A DNA stretch of 64,000 nucleotides from Macrostomum lignano. Taxonomy: Eukaryota. The stretch's first letter is position 1. Each line of letters starts with the position of its first letter. This document shows, in pieces, positions 13,383 to 25,734 of this stretch. Under the pieces are notes generated by a model. That model had not been told where the DNA came from. It was given only the letters and a program-made list of their open reading frames with translations, and searched no databases. Position numbers and translations under genes: made by a program. The DNA lies in NCBI GenBank assembly GCA_002269645.1, contig NIVC01000176.1:310001-374000 (forward strand), read 5' to 3'.

Positions 13383-14298
13383 TGAAACCCCACCCAGAAT
13401 CTCCTGAAACCCCACAAAATCTCTTGAAACTCCAAAAAATCTCCTGAAACCCCATTCAGAATCTCCTGAAACCCCATCCAGAATCTCCTGAAACCCCATT
13501 CAGAATCTCCTGAAACCCCATCCAGAATCTCCTGAAACTCCATTCAGAATCTCCTGAAACCCCATCCAGAATCTCCTGAAACTCCATTCAGAATCTCCTG
13601 AAACTCCATTCAGAATCTCCTGAAACCCCACAGAATCTCCTGAAACTCCATTCAGAATCTCCTGAAACCCCACAGAATCTCCTGAAACCCCACAGAATCT
13701 CCTGAAACCCCATCCAGAATCTCCTGAAACCCCACAGAATCTCCTGAAACCCCATCCAGAATCTCCTGAAACCCCACAGAATCTCCTGAAACCCCACAGA
13801 ATCTCCTGAAACCCCACAGAATCTCCTGAAACCCCACAGAATCTCCTGAAACCCCACAGAATCTCCTGAAACCCCCCAGAATCTCCTGAAACCCCACAGA
13901 ATCTCCTGAGACCTTGAATAATCTCCTGAAACCCCACAGAATCTCCGGAAACCCCACAGAATCCCCACAGAATCTCCTGAAACCCCACAGAATCTCCTGA
14001 AGCCCCACAGAATCTCCTGAAACCCCACAAAATCTCCTGAAACCCCACAGAATCTCCTGAAACCCCACAGAATCTCCTGAGACCTTGAAGAATCTCCTGA
14101 AACCCCACAGAATCTCCGGAAACCCCACAGAATCCCCACAGAATCTCCTGAAACCCAACAGAATCTCCTGAAACCCCACAGAACCTCCTGAAACCCCACA
14201 AAATCTCCTGAAACTCCACAGAATCTCCTGAAACCCCACAGAATCTCCTGAAACCCCAAAGAATCTCCTGAAACCCCACCCAGAATCTCATGAAACCC
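13383..14298. repeat. 20-22-bp minisatellite (CAGAATCTCCTGAAACCCCA)n, copy 2 (longer)
   Basis: Tandem units. Source of the GFQEILWGFRRF ORFs. Confidence 0.95.
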
Positions 14299-14799
14299 AA
14301 TTAACTACATTGAGCACCATTGCTTCTTCTAATTAGACAATTGTCAATTCAGAGTGGCCGTTTTAGTGAACATGCAGGAGCTTATGTTAAAGAAAACCTG
14401 TGTTTTGATTTTGAAACTAATTGTTTTTTGTAATAGAATCTGCTTTAATTCTCGTCAATAATTTGCTTTTAATCTAATTAAGAAATCAATGTCAAATTAT
14501 TTAACTAATTGACAATCCATTGGCAAACCAACTGGGTGAATAATTGGCACAAATGATCAATAAAAACACAAAATGTTTGCCAACTGTAGTTCAAGGCAGT
14601 GTGTTTTAAGTCTCAATGCTTCAAAAAAGTTTCTATTAATGCGCAGCTTTGTTTTCAAACCAAAGCAATATAGAGTTACATCGGTGCACGTGCAGGCTTT
14701 GACTCAACGATCCAACTGCATCGCAAAGGGGATCAGATCTCTAGCTGGCAATGATTCCTGGAAAGAGACCTTTCTGAGGTCAGGAAGTTCTGGGTTTCA

Positions 14800-15712
14800 G
14801 GGAGGCTTTGAGGGGAGAACTTCTGGCTTCGAAAGGAGAACTTCAGGCTTCGAGGAGAGAACTTCAGGCTTCGAGGGGAGAACTTCAGGCTTCGAGGGGA
14901 GAACTTCAGGCTTCGAAGAGAGAACTTCAGGCTTCGAGGGGAGAACTTCAGGCTTCGAAGGGAGAACTTCAGGCTTCGAGGGGAGAACTTCAGGCTTCGA
15001 GGGGAGAACTTCAGGCTTCGAGGGGAGAACTTCAGGCTTCGAGGGGAGAACTTCAGGCTTCGAGGGGAGAACTTCAGGTTTCGAGGGGAGAACTTCAGGC
15101 TTCGAGGGGAGAACTTCAGGCTTCGAAGGGAGAACTTCAGGCTTCGAGGGGAGAACTTCAGGCTTCGAGGGGAGAACTTCAGGCTTCGAGGGGAGAACTT
15201 CAGGCTTCGAGGGGAGAACTTCAGGCTTCGAGGGGAGAACTTCAGGTTTCGAAGGGAGAACTTCAGGCTTCGACGGGAGAACTTCAGGCTTCGAAGGGAG
15301 AACTTCAGGCTTCGAGGGGAGAACTTCAGGCTTCGAGGGGAGAACTTCAGGTTTCGAAGGGAGAACTTCAGGCTTCGAGGGGAGAACTTCAGGCTTCGAG
15401 GGGAGAACTTCAGGCTTCGAGGGGAGAACTTCAGGCTTCGAGGGGAGAACTTCAGGCTTCGAGGGGAGAACTTCAGGCTTTCAGAGGAAGAAACTTCAGG
15501 GTTGCAGAGGAAGAAACTTCAGGGTTGCAGAGGAAGAAATTCAGGGTTGCAGAGGGAGAAACTTCAGGGTTGCAGAGGGAGAAACTTCAGGGTTGCAGAG
15601 GAAGAAACTTCAGGGTTGCAGAGGGAGAAACTTCAGGGTTGCAGAGGGAGAAACTTCAGGGTTGCAGAGGCAGAAACTTCAGGGTTGCAGAGGGAGAAAC
15701 TTCAGGGTTCTG
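14800..15712. repeat. 21-bp (GAGAACTTCAGGCTTCGAGGG)n changing at about 15481 into a related 23-bp (GAAACTTCAGGGTTGCAGAGGAA)n
   Basis: The two arrays share an AACTTCAGG core. The 455-aa ORF is a repeat artefact. Confidence 0.95.
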
Positions 15713-16474
15713 GCGGAAGGAACTTTAAAGCTTCAAGTCGAGGAAATTCTGGTTTTCAGGCGAGCTAAAAACATTTCCATCAAGGAACCAAACTCGTTCG
15801 TTTTTAAACATCTTTGTCACCTGTTGTTTCTTGCTTGCCATCCCTGGCTGACCAACCCACAACAGATTTTAGCCGCTAAAACCCAGATAAAGTCGCTTGG
15901 GCCCACGCAGCATCCGCTTGCATGCATTGGGCCAATTTGACCCATTCAAGGCCTTTGCATGCGGAATTTCACCGCCCCATGAGCATCACGTGGTATCGAT
16001 TTACCTTCCCCCTCTTCGCTCCAAGCTCAAACCCCCCTCATCCAGTCTTTGATCCCTGCAGTCCGAGTCAGTCCAGGGGAGAGGCGTTAATCCATAATCC
16101 GAAGATTTCACACTTGTCGTGTGCTCCGCTTGAGCAGCCGCTCGGCTGAGCAGCTCTCGGTCGATAATGGATTCGATTCGATTCGAAGGAACAGACGGAG
16201 ATCAAGGATTTTTTGCTGTTTGCGTAATTGTTGTCTCGGCTTACCATGCGTTTGTGTGGTGTGGCGTGTTTGTGCGTGTTGCCAAAGCATCCCTAATTGA
16301 GCATTAATCCCCGGAGTCTGGGGTGTCTTTAATACACGATAGGCCTAAGTTATGTAGTTTTTAGTTTACACAGAGTATGAATGAAAAACTCTCCAGAAGG
16401 CTAGGAGCATTCTACCTGGGATGCCACTGATTGGGATGTAACTTACTGGGAATGTCACAGATTAAGGAATGTTA

Positions 16475-16762
16475 CTGACTGGGACTGTCACTGACTGGGA
16501 CTTTCACTGACAGGGGAATGTCACTGACTGGGGAATGTCACTGACTGGGGAATGTCACTGACTGGGGAATGTCACTAACTGGGGAATGTCACTGACTGGG
16601 GAATGTCACTGACTGGGGAATGTCACTGACTGGGGAATGTCACTGACTGGGGAATGTCACTGACTGGGGAATGTCACTAACTGGGGTATGTCACTGACTG
16701 GGGAATGTCACTGACTGGGAATGTCACTGACTGGGAATGTCACTGACTGAGATGTCACTGAG
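16475..16762. repeat. 17-bp minisatellite (GGGGAATGTCACTGACT)n
   Basis: About 16 units. Confidence 0.95.
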
Positions 16763-17689
16763 ATTCGGTTGACTGATGTGAAGTGTGCATGAACGAACTG
16801 AAAATTCGTCTCTCTCCCATCCACCCCGCCCGCCCCGCCGCGGCCTCGGCTCGGCCAAGCGAAAATAATCAGCTCGGCCGCTGGCCCCATCAAATCTGCA
16901 ACCGCGGCGCCCGAGACCCCCCACCTGCAAAAGAAAAAGGGAGGGAGAAAACGTTGAAACGCCGACTTATAGATGATGGAGCGAGAGAGCGGAGCGAAGA
17001 CGGTTTCCCTTTCTATCCTTTGTGTGTACGCATGTAGTGTCTGTTTTGCCGCCAAATGCATGCGGAGGTATATAAAAGGGTGTGTGAGGGGGGGCTTTAT
17101 CCCATCACACGATTCAGTGAACATGTTTGCGTGCCAATCGATTAGGTAGAGGAAGCTGAGGTTGCAGGTCCCACGCCATGTGATGTCGCTTCCTTTATAG
17201 CAGCTGGCCAACAGTCAACCAGTCAGTGTTATTTGTCTCTACATTTATACAAATGATCGGTCAGTCCACGCGACCGCGAGCGCGCGGCCATAGACTATAT
17301 GAAGGCCACTGGCCATAGACAGTTTCTTTCCTAAGTAATTTGTACCCTGTAATTAAATTATCGCCCCTAGAGTTGCAGTTTATCCCCAATGTCACGCACA
17401 GGCCTATGCCAGGGTGCATGCTGAGTTAGGCTTTACCTTGAGTTGTTGTGGAGTAAAACCGAGCTGGACCCAGAGACTAAATTATTCAGCTGATCTGCTA
17501 AGATAATTGTCTAACTATTTACTTTATAAGGAAATTGCTTTGTTTAACACTAATCAAAGGGGATGGGACATTGTTTATTTCTATCCAAAGTTACTTTTTC
17601 GTGTTCAACGCCATTAGATTTTGGATATTTTGGTGTCAAGAGTGTCAGAAGAAAACTTGGGATAATTGGTGCCTAGGTAAGTCTGTAGT

Positions 17690-19441
17690 GTCAGGAAGAA
17701 GGCTGGAATGTCAGAGAAAGGGATGAAGTGTCAGGAAGAGGTTGGAGTGTCAGGAAGAGGTTGGAGTGTCAGGAAGAGAAGGCTAGAGTGTCAGGAAGAG
17801 AAGGCTAGAATGTCAGGAAGAGAAGGCTAGAGTGTCAGGAAAAGAAGGCTAGAATGTCAGGAAGAGAAGGCTGCAGTGTCAGGAAGAGGTTGGAGTGTCA
17901 GGAAGAGGTTGGAGTGTCAGGAAGAGAAGGCTGGAATGTCAGGAAGAGAAGGCTAGAGTGTCAGGAAGAGAAGGCTGCAGTGTCAGGAAGAGAAGGCTGG
18001 AATGTCAGGAAGAGAAGGCTGCAGTGTCAGGAAGAGAAGGCTGGAATGTCAGGAAGAGAAGGCTGCAGTGTCAGGAAGAGAAGGCTGCAGTGTCAGGAAG
18101 AGAAGGCTGGAATGTCAGGAAGAGAAAGCTGGAGTGTCAGGAAGAGGTTGGAGTGTCAGGAAGAGGTTGGAGTGTCAGGAAGAGGTTGGAGTGTCAGGAA
18201 GAGGTTGGAGTGTCAGGAAGAGGTTGGAGTGTCAGGAAGAGGTTGGAGTGTCAGGAAGAGGTTGGAGTGTCAGGAAGAGAAGGCTAGAATGTCAGGAAGA
18301 GAAGGCTGCAGTGTCAGGAAGAGAAGGCTGCAGTGTCAGGAAGAGAAGGCTGGAATGTCAGGAAGAGAAAGCTGGAGTGTCAGGAAGAGGTTGGAGTGTC
18401 AGGAAGAGAAGGCTGGAATGTCAGGAAGAGAAGGCTGCAGTGTCAGGAAGAGAAGGCTGGAATGTCAGGAAGAGAAGGCTGGAATGTCAGGAAGAGGTTG
18501 GAGTGTCAGGAAGAGAAGGCTGGAATGTCAGGAAGAGAAGGCTGCAGTGTCAGGAAGAGAAGGCTGGAGTGTCAGGAAGAGAAGGCTGGAATGTCAGGAA
18601 GAGAAGGCTGCAGTGTCAGGAAGAGGTTGGAGTGTCAGGAAGAGGTTGGAGTGTCAGGAAGAGAAGGCTAGAATTTCAGGAAGAGAAGGCTGCAGTGTCA
18701 GGAAGAGAAGGCTAGAATGTCAGGAAGAGAAGGCTAGAATGTCAGGAAGAGAAGGCTGGAATGTCAGGAAGAGGTTGGAGTGTCAGGAAGAGAAGGCTGG
18801 AATGTCAGGAAGAGAAGGCTGCAGTGTCAGGAAGAGAAGGCTGGAGTGTCAGGAAGAGAAGGCTGGAATGTCAGGAAGAGAAGGCTGCAGTGTCAGGAAG
18901 AGGTTGGAGTGTCAGGAAGAGGTTGGAGTGTCAGGAAGAGAAGGCTGCAGTGTCAGGAAGAGAAGGCTGGAATGTCAGGAAGAGAAGGCTGGAATGTCAG
19001 GAAGAGAAGGCTAGAATGTCAGGAAGAGAAGGCTGGAATGTCAGGAAGAGAAGGCTGGAATGTCAGGAAGAGAAGGCTGCAGTGTCAGGAAGAGAAGGCT
19101 GGAATGTCAGGCAGAGAAGGCTGGAGTGTCAGGAAGAGAAGGCTGGAATGTCAGGAAGAGAAAGCTAGAATGTCAGGAAGAGAAGGCTGGAATGTCAGGA
19201 AGAGGTTGGTGTGTCAGGAAGAGAAGGCTGCAGTGTCAGGAAGAGAAGGCTGGAATGTCAGGAAGAGAAGGCTAGACTGTCAGGAAGAGAAGGCTGGAAT
19301 GTCAGGAAGAGAAGGCTGGAATGTCAGGCAGAGAAGGCTGGAGTGTCAGGAAGAGAAGGCTGGAATGTCAGGAAGAGAAAGCTAGAATGTCAGGAAGAGA
19401 AGGCTGGAATGTCAGGAAGAGAAGGCTAGAATGTCAGGAAG
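17690..19441. repeat. Mixed 22-bp (GTCAGGAAGAGAAGGCTGGAAT) and 19-bp (GTCAGGAAGAGGTTGGAGT) minisatellite
   Basis: Interleaved unit types over about 1.75 kb. Confidence 0.95.
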
Positions 19442-19892
19442 TATCACCATATGTCAGGTGATCGCTTTTCCTAATCCAAAAATGAATCATTTTCACAGAA
19501 ATTCGGCTGTTGTTAAAGCGAAAAATGATAATAAATCATAAATTAGTTCCGCTACAATTCTGATTTGTTACAATCAGAACCTCCTGGGCTTGGAGATCCA
19601 AATAAGTCACCCTCCCGATAGATCCTGTTACCGGATGAGATTAAGAACTTCCCCTATTATCCCATTTTTTCTCTCTGAAGTCTCGGTTTTTTCACGGTCT
19701 CACTTCTCTCTCTCTGAACTGATTCGTTAGTAGGTATGGTTTATGAAAGAATCTAGTAGCAAATTCAAAACTGTTTTGGCTACAAAGAATTCCCTGTGCG
19801 ATACACGAACTTCTGGGAAATATTGAGGCCAGAAATTGTGTCTGTTTGCAGTTCTGAGCGAAAATATTACTTGAGGTCTTGCATGACCAACG

Positions 19893-20660
19893 TTATATGA
19901 CCAACAAAAGCAGGCTATGACTAATATCATTTGAATATTAGAACATGACCAACATCATATGACCAATATCATATGACCAATAGGAACAGGATATGACCAA
20001 CATCATATGACCAATAGGAACAGGATATGACCAATATCATATGACCAATAGGAATAGGATATGACCAACATCATATGACCAATAGGAACAGGATATGACC
20101 AATATCATATGACCAATAGGAACAGGATGTGACCAATAGGAACAGGATTTGACCAATATCATATGACCAATAGGAACAGGATGTGACCAATAGGAACAGG
20201 ATTTGACCAATATCATATGACCAATAGGAACAGGATGTGACCAATAGGAACAGGATTTGACCAATATCATATGACCAATAGGAATAGGATATGACCAACA
20301 TCATATGACCAATAGGAACAGGATATGACCAATATCATATGACCAATAGGAACAGGATGTGACCAATAGGAACAGGATTTGACCAATATCATATGACCAA
20401 TAGGAACAGGATGTGACCAATAGGAACAGGATTTGACCAATATCATGTGACCAATAGGAACAGGATATGACCAATAGGAACAGGATATGGCCAATAGGAA
20501 CAGGATATGACCAATATCATATGAGCAATAGGAACAGGATATGACCAATATCATATGACCAATAGGAACAGGATATGACCAATATCATATGACCAATAGG
20601 AACAGGATATGACCAATATCATATGACCAATAGGATCAGGATATGACCAACATCATATAA
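19893..20660. repeat. Compound 20-bp (ATATGACCAATAGGAACAGG) and 14-bp (ATATGACCAATATC) minisatellite
   Basis: Units share TGACCAA and recur as 34-bp and 54-bp blocks. Confidence 0.93.
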
Positions 20661-21524
20661 CCATTAACCAACCGATATAACCATCAACAAGACGCCAAAA
20701 GTCATAAATAAAAAACGGACTGAGAACCTTGTCTATTTATGCAATCGCACCTCTCAACGACTGCTCAACTTAATTAAGACCATCCCAAACCTCATTGAAG
20801 ATAACTTGCGTGATCCTTGTATGAAGCTGTAGTGACTACAGAATCCTTATCCCCAGGGGCTGGCTACAGAGCTGTCGTAGGGACTCCTGCAGGTCTAAGC
20901 AAGCCTGTAATTACCAGAACCCGCTATACACTCTTCTTCTGTTGTAGAAGAGCAAAGCTCGATATTTGAGGAAAAAGGTAATTAAATCTCGTAGTCCCCC
21001 CCTACTCGAACCTCGCGGCGAAGCCCCCTAAATATCGGACACGGCAGTTCAGGTCCGCAACCCCAGTTTGTATCGAAAGTATTTCTTGTTGTTGAATAAG
21101 CGTGAGGAGGCCCTGTTCACTTGTTCCCGAAAAGGAGGACCCTATAGCTCCTAGGAGCAGAAAAAAAGCACAGCGTCGGCTCGGAGGTCCCAGCTGCCGC
21201 GTCTTCATCTGGATAATGGGGAATAATGGCCTTGAAAAATAGATGGAGCCGGAGGTTTTTTTCTTGGTGAGGATAACTGGGTACGAAAATGCCGCAGCTT
21301 CTATCTGTCTCCCTTCCTCGGAGATGAGAACACGTGATCGAGGTGGAAATTTTGTGACCGCTCTCTCGCTCTTTGTGCTCTCGCAACAAAATAGCGCAGG
21401 TGGCGCCGGATGCTGAGTGCAGCTGCGCGCCCGATGGAGCTTTGGCTGAGCAGAGGTTTTTATGCACACTTATTTTCATTCTGGTGTCTTGGTACTTAAT
21501 GGCTTTTGGCAGTCTGTTTAGGGA

Positions 21525-22348
21525 GTGGAAGCAGTTTAGTAGATTGGAAGCAGTTTAGTAGAGTGGAAGCAGTTTAGTAGATTGGAAGCAGTTTAGTAGA
21601 TTGGAAGCAGTTTAGTAGAGTGGAAGCAGTTTAGTAGAGTGGAAGCAGTTTAGTAGAGTGGAAGCAGTATAGTAGATTAGAAGCAGTTTAGTAGATCGGA
21701 AGCAGTTTAGTAGATTGGAAGCAGTTTAGTAGATTGGAAGCAGTTTAGTAGATTGGAAGCAGTTTAGTAGATTGGAAGCAGTTTAGTAGATTGGAAGCAG
21801 TTTAGTAGAGTGGAAGCAGTTTAGTAGAGTGGAAGCAGTTTAGTAGAGTGGGAGCAGTTTAGTAGAGTGGAAGCAGTTTAGTAGATCGGAAGAAGTTTAA
21901 TAGATTGGAAGCAGTTTAGTAGATCGGAAGCAGTTTAGTAGATTGGAAGCAGTTTAGTAGATTGGAAGCAGTTTAGTAGAGTGGAAGCAGTTTAGTAGAG
22001 TGGAAGCAGTTTAGTAGAGTGGAAGCAGTTTAGTAGAGTGGAAGCAGTTTAGTAGAGGGGAAGCAGTTTAGTAGATTGGAAGCAGTTTAGTAGATTGGAA
22101 GCAGTTTAGTAGAGTAAAAGCAGTTTAGTAGATCGGAAGCAGTTTGGTAGTTTGGAAGCAGTTTAGTAGATCGGAAGCAGTTTAGTAGAGTGGAAGAGTT
22201 TAGTAGATTGGAAGCAGTTTAGTAGATTGGAAGCAGTTTAGTAGATTGGAAGCAGTTTAGTAGAGTGGAAGCAGTTTAGTAGAGTGGAAGCAGTTTAGTA
22301 GAATGGAAGCAGTTTAGTAGAGTGGAAGCAGTTTAGAGAGTGGAAGCA
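21525..22348. repeat. 19-bp minisatellite (GGAAGCAGTTTAGTAGAGT/ATT)n
   Basis: About 43 units. Confidence 0.95.
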
Positions 22349-22656
22349 GCTTGGTTGAGCAGTTGATTAAGTGGAATCGGAGCTACTGTTGAGAAATGAG
22401 CGGGTGCGCAGTCGAATGCAGCTCACAGCACCTCTCAGATTTCGAAGCCTGCTGCTGCTGCAGATAGGGCGGGGGTCAGAGGAGGCGAGGAGCGAGCTCG
22501 CGAACTTAGCTCTCTTTAGCCATGGTTACAGGAAAGAAAAACAAGAACAAGAAGAAGCAGACGCGCTTGAGAGAAGCGCGCCATCATCCACCCACCCCCC
22601 GCAGAGGCGGGAAAAGGGGTGGGGCGGCATTAAGCTAATGAAGTCTCTAATCCGGC

Positions 22657-23071
22657 CCTTTGATGTCCAGAGGCTGCAGCAGCAGCAGCAGCAGCATCAC
22701 CAGAAGCAGGCAAGAAAGGCAAAAGCAGCAGAACTGTAGAGGATCCGGCAAAGTCCGGACTGTCTCGGGAAAAGGGGAGGCGCTTTGATTAGACGATAGG
22801 GGGGCTTCATCTACGGGGGGAAACGTTTGCTGAGCACTGCTCACCTCTCTCGCATCTTTCCCTTCGTCTCTTTGAAGTGACCAAAAGGGTGCCCAGAGTC
22901 GTCCTCCCCCCTCCTGCGCTTTGGCCAAGAAGACCTGCTCAACTTTCCCTTGAGTCGTGTCGTCGCTGTGCGTTTTCCAATTTCCTTTGAAGTCAAAGAG
23001 ACCACCGGCGAGAGGAGACTCAGGGGGTGGGATGGGAGGAGGCTCCAGGGTTTGGCTTTGATCTGGCGGCT
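22657..23071 (+). promoter_or_regulatory. Cluster of five TCF/LEF sites (candidate Wnt-response element)
   Basis: CCTTTGATG 22657, GCTTTGATT 22782, CTTTGAAG 22870, CCTTTGAAG 22984 and GCTTTGATC 23055. The last is abutted by TGGCGGC (reverse complement GCCGCCA, the Helper motif). Confidence 0.55.
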
Positions 23072-23107
23072 GTCGCTAGGGATGAAGATGACTGGGACCC
23101 GCGGGTA

Positions 23108-25372
23108 CCGGTCGAGTCTCCAGCATGGAGTTCTGTAGACACGGGTGTCTGGAGATGAGAGATCGAGTCTCTAGCATGGAGTTCTGTAGACACGGGTGTC
23201 TGGAGATGAGAGGTCGAGTCTCCAGCATGGAGTTCTGTAGACACGGGTGTCTGGAGATGAGAGGTCGAGTCTCCAGCATGGAGTTCTGTAGACACGGCTG
23301 TCTGGGGATGAGAGATCGAGTCTCTAGCATGGAGTTCTGTAGACACGGCTGTCTAGGGATGAGAGGTCGGGTCTCTAGCATGGAGTTCTGTAGACACGGG
23401 TGTCTGGAGATGAGAGGTCGAGTCTCCAGCATGGAGTTCTGTAGACACGGGTGTCTGGAGATGAGAGGTCGAGTCTCTAGCATGGAGTTCTGTAGACACG
23501 GGTGTCTGGAGATGAGAGGTCGAGTCTCCAGCATGGAGTTCTGTAGACACGGCTGTCTGGGGATGAGAGATCGAGTCTCTAGCATGGAGTTCTGTAGACA
23601 CGGCTGTCTAGGGATGAGAGGTCGGGTCTCTAGCATGGAGTTCTGTAGACACGGGTGTCTGGAGATGAGAGGTCGAGTCTCCAGCATGGAGTTCTGTAGA
23701 CACGGGTGTCTGGAGATGAGAGGTCGAGTCTCTAGCATGGAGTTCTGTAGACACGGGTGTCTGGAGATCAGAGGTCGGGTCTCTAGCATGGAGTTCTGTA
23801 GACACGGCTGTCTGGGGATGAGAGGTCGAGTCTCTAGCATGGAGTTCTGTAGACGCGGTTGTCTGGGGATGAGAGGTCGAGTCTCCAGCATGGAGTTCTG
23901 TAGACACGGGTGTCTGGAGATGAGAGATCGAGTCTCCAGCATGGAGTTCTGTAGACACGGGTGTCTGGAGATGAGAGATCGAGTCTCCAGCATGGAGTTC
24001 TGTAGACACGGGTGTCTGGAGATGAGAGGTCGAGTCTCTAGCATGGAGTTCTGTAGACACGGGTGTCTGGAGATGAGAGGTCGAGTCTCCAGCATGGAGT
24101 TCTGTAGACACGGGTGTCTGGAGATGAGAGGTCGGGTCTCTAGCATGGAGTTCTGTAGACACGGGTGTCTGGAGATCAGAGGTCGGGTCTCCAGCATGGA
24201 GTTCTGTAGACACGGGTGTCTGGAGATGAGAGGTCGGGTCTCTGGCATGGAGTTCTGTAGACACGGGTGTCTGGAGATCAGAGGTCGGGTCTCTAGCATG
24301 GAGTTCTGTAGACACGGGTGTCTGGAAATGAGAGGTCGGGTCTCTAGCATGGAGTTCTGTAGACACGGGTGTCTGGAGATGAGAGGTCGGGTCTCTGGCA
24401 TGGAGTTATGTAGACACGGGTGTCTGGAAATGAAAGATCGGGTCTCTAGCATGGAGTTCTGTAGACACGGGTGTCTGGAAATGAAAGATCGGGTCTCTAG
24501 CATGGAGTTCTGTAGACACGGGTGTCTGGAAATGAAAGATCGGGTCTCTAGCATGGAGTTCTGTAGACACGGGTGTCTGGAAATGAAAGATCGGGTCTCT
24601 AGCATGGAGTTCTGTAGACACGGGTGTCTGGAGATGAGAGGTCGGGTCTCTAGCATGGAGTTCTGTAGACACGGGTGTCTGGAGATGAGAGGTCGGGTCT
24701 CTGGCATGGAGTTCTGTAGACACGGGTGTCTGGAAATGAAAGATCGGGTCTCTAGCATGGAGTTCTGTAGACACGGGGGTCTGGAAATGAAAGATCGGGT
24801 CTCTAGCATGGAGTTCTGTAGACACGGGTGTCTGGAAATGAAAGATCGGGTCTCTAGCATGGAGTTCTGTAGACACGGGTGTCTGGAAATGAAAGATCGG
24901 GTCTCTAGCATGGAGTTCTGTAGACACGGGTGTCTGGAGATGAGAGGTCGGGTCTCTAGCATGGAGTTCTGTAGACACGGGTGTCTGGAGATGAGAGGTC
25001 GGGTCTCTGGCATGGAGTTCTGTAGACACGGGTGTCTGGAGATGAGAGGTCGGGTCTCTAGCATGGAGTTCTGTAGACACGGCTGTCTGGAGATGAGAGG
25101 TCGGGTCTCTAGCATGGAGTTCTGTAGACACGGGTGTCTGGAGATGAGAGGTCGGGTCTCTAGCATGGAGTTCTGTAGACACGGGTGTCTGGAAATGAGA
25201 GATCGGGTCTCTAGCATGGAGTTCTGTAGACACGGGTGTCTGGAGATGAGAGGTCGAGTCTCTGGCATGGAGTTCTGTAGACACGGGTGTCTGGAGATGA
25301 GAGGTCGGGTCTCTGGCATGGAGTTCTGTAGACACGGGTGTCTGGAAATGAGAGGTCGAGTCTCTAGCATAT
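23108..25372. repeat. 51-bp minisatellite, about 44 copies
   Basis: Unit CATGGAGTTCTGTAGACACGGGTGTCTGGAGATGAGAGGTCGRGTCTCTAG. Its length is a multiple of 3, so long ORFs appear on both strands. Confidence 0.97.
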
Positions 25373-25734
25373 GGAGTTCTCTCAAGACTCTCCATTGCTG
25401 CTCTCCACTAATACTTGAAGTATTTTACACAAGCCAAACTTCTTTTCATTCCCTTTAGTATTCTCTTTTCTCTCGATTGTACTTTTCTCTCCAAAGCAGT
25501 TCAGCTTTTTCTCCTAGCAACAAAGACAGGCGGCAGCTTTAATTTCAGACATCAAACGACGCTCTTTAATGCGAAATCCTCTCTAAAAATAACAGGCATA
25601 CTTTTTCTCCCGTCCAAAGGTAATCCCTTTGAAAAGTATCATTGCGGAACAGTGCTTTTGAATGGCTATGGTTGAAATTGGAATTTTACCTCAAAAAGTG
25701 AAAGTGCAGAAACTTTTAGATCATTCGATTTATT

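Larger units (their letters stand above)
10071..13735. repeat. Direct segmental duplication, offset 2575 bp (about 10071-11150 and 12646-13735)
   Basis: About 730 bp of unique sequence plus the start of the following minisatellite recur, apparently identically. ORF pairs 10679/13254, 10689/13264 and 10765/13340 all differ by 2575. Confidence 0.95.

Noticed and set aside
15980-16075. 51-nt candidate micro-exon on the minus strand (ctgcAG...AAG|GTAAAT)
   Set aside because: Only phase 2 is open, which is incompatible with the TCF model, and there is no supporting homology.
22516-22587. Signal-peptide-like minus-strand ORF MMARFSQARLLLLVLVFLSCNHG*
   Set aside because: It stops after 23 codons with no convincing donor. 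The hydrophobicity comes from a CTT/GTT-rich tract.
22845-23075. 231-nt AG...GTGAG-bounded open segment on the minus strand (EPPPIPPPESP...)
   Set aside because: Its open phases (0 and 2) do not match the phase-1 TCF exon 2 acceptor, it has no recognisable homology, and the TCF-site cluster explains the region better.
23108-25372. CRISPR-like array (palindromic repeat)
   Set aside because: There are no unique spacers and no cas genes, and the context is eukaryotic. It is a plain head-to-tail minisatellite.
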